From Negaprion brevirostris (taxonomy: Eukaryota): a DNA stretch of 64,000 nucleotides. Every line of letters begins with the position of its first letter. Positions within the stretch are counted from its first letter, which is position 1. Below, piece after piece: positions 63,036-64,000 of this stretch. Where the stretch lies: positions 42,275,810-42,339,809 of the forward strand of contig JARDVH010000133.1 of NCBI GenBank assembly GCA_030324005.1. The letters are read 5' to 3'. The notes beneath the pieces were generated by a model, which saw nothing but the letters and a program-made list of their open reading frames with translations, was not told where the DNA came from and searched no databases. The position numbers and the translations under genes were made by a program.

Positions 63036-63701
63036 GGGTTACAAAACACTAGTAGTTTTTGTGGTCGTGGTCGGGGGCGGGGGCACGGGGGGGGGTGGGG
63101 GGTGGAGGTTCGGTGGTGGTGGTGAGGAGAGGGAGGAAAAACAGTGCTGTTGCGTTAAACAGCAGTCCATGGGGAAAAACAGCAAAGAAGTTCTAAATGT
63201 GTATGTCAGAGTGATGTCATGAGTTCTAAGCTCTGATAAGAAAAACTGCAAGGTTGCTGGGGGATTGAGTTTAGGGAACTTGTGTTTACTCTGTAATTTA
63301 AGTAATAGGGGATTGGGAGCTTTGGATATTTCAGGGAAATATACCAACTAGGGAAAACACATCTAATGAATGCTCAGAAATCTGCCAGAAAAAAAATCAT
63401 TTGCAACTGGGCAAGTCCCAAGTTAAGATGGTGGTAAAAGTTCATTGAGATTGTGCGTACTGTTGGGATAAAAGGAATTGTGCAAATTTGAATCACTTTC
63501 TTGCATTGAGATATTTTCTTTTTTTTTCTGGTTTAATATAATTTTTTGCTTTTTAATGAAAGTATTCGTTATGTTGAAAGTTTATCAGTAAACTCCTGTG
63601 AATGTTCTCAGTAACTTTTCTTAAAAAAAAATCAAAGTTCAGATCTATTTAGCCAGGTTTCACTCCGGAGTCTGACTTGTCCAGTGTTATCAGTTATAAC
63701 A
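63036..63701 (+). mobile_element. Probable solo LTR
   Basis: Ends ...ataaca; shares its 3' motif with 47120-48065. Confidence 0.5.
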
Positions 63702-64000
63702 TCACTTCCACAGCCTTGTTTTTTTGCATATGACCCTGGAAGTTCCTAATCCTCCAAGTACCTGACCATCTCATTTTGGAAATTATTTATGGAATTGGTT
63801 TACTCTACCTTTTCAAGCAAAAGGCTTTAGATCACAACAACTCAACTGGGAAAAAAAAAACTTATTTCCCTCCTGACCTTGGATCTATGACAGCTGGTTC
63901 TTGATCTACTCACCAAAAGGGAATTTTTTTTGACCAAAAACTCTGCTACTGAATCACATCTGAATCTTCCCTGTTCCAACGACAACTGCCCTAATCTTTC

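Noticed and set aside
63060-63135. G-rich tract with G-quadruplex potential (also 18165-18192, 41510-41550)
   Set aside because: Low-complexity runs, two of them inside LTR-type repeats; C-rich on the transcribed strand; no functional evidence.

Overview
Vertebrate genomic DNA, most likely a cartilaginous fish (shark-type V-SINE, CR1 and Penelope repeats), from a gapped scaffold with many N runs. The whole window lies inside one minus-strand gene, ARVCF (p120/delta-catenin family). I traced 12 coding exons, from an ARM-repeat exon at 58221-58338 to the stop codon at 3198-3200 (C-terminus ...KPQPVDSWV). All visible junctions are GT-AG and phase-consistent, and two exons are partly hidden by N gaps. 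One exon is an 18-nt microexon, and one intron is about 36 kb. Introns are filled with CR1, RTE and L2-like LINE fragments, tRNA-derived SINEs, a deleted Gypsy element, solo LTRs and two minisatellites. The most notable unexplained items are: a U2-snRNA-headed structured element (8813-9110); a 1.15-kb palindromic Penelope insertion with an 11-bp TSD and hammerhead-like cores; a candidate 13-nt microexon that would remove the PDZ ligand; and a candidate in-frame coding exon in the 36-kb intron. There are no prokaryotic features or CRISPR arrays. Repeat boundaries are approximate and family names come from recognition, not database searches.
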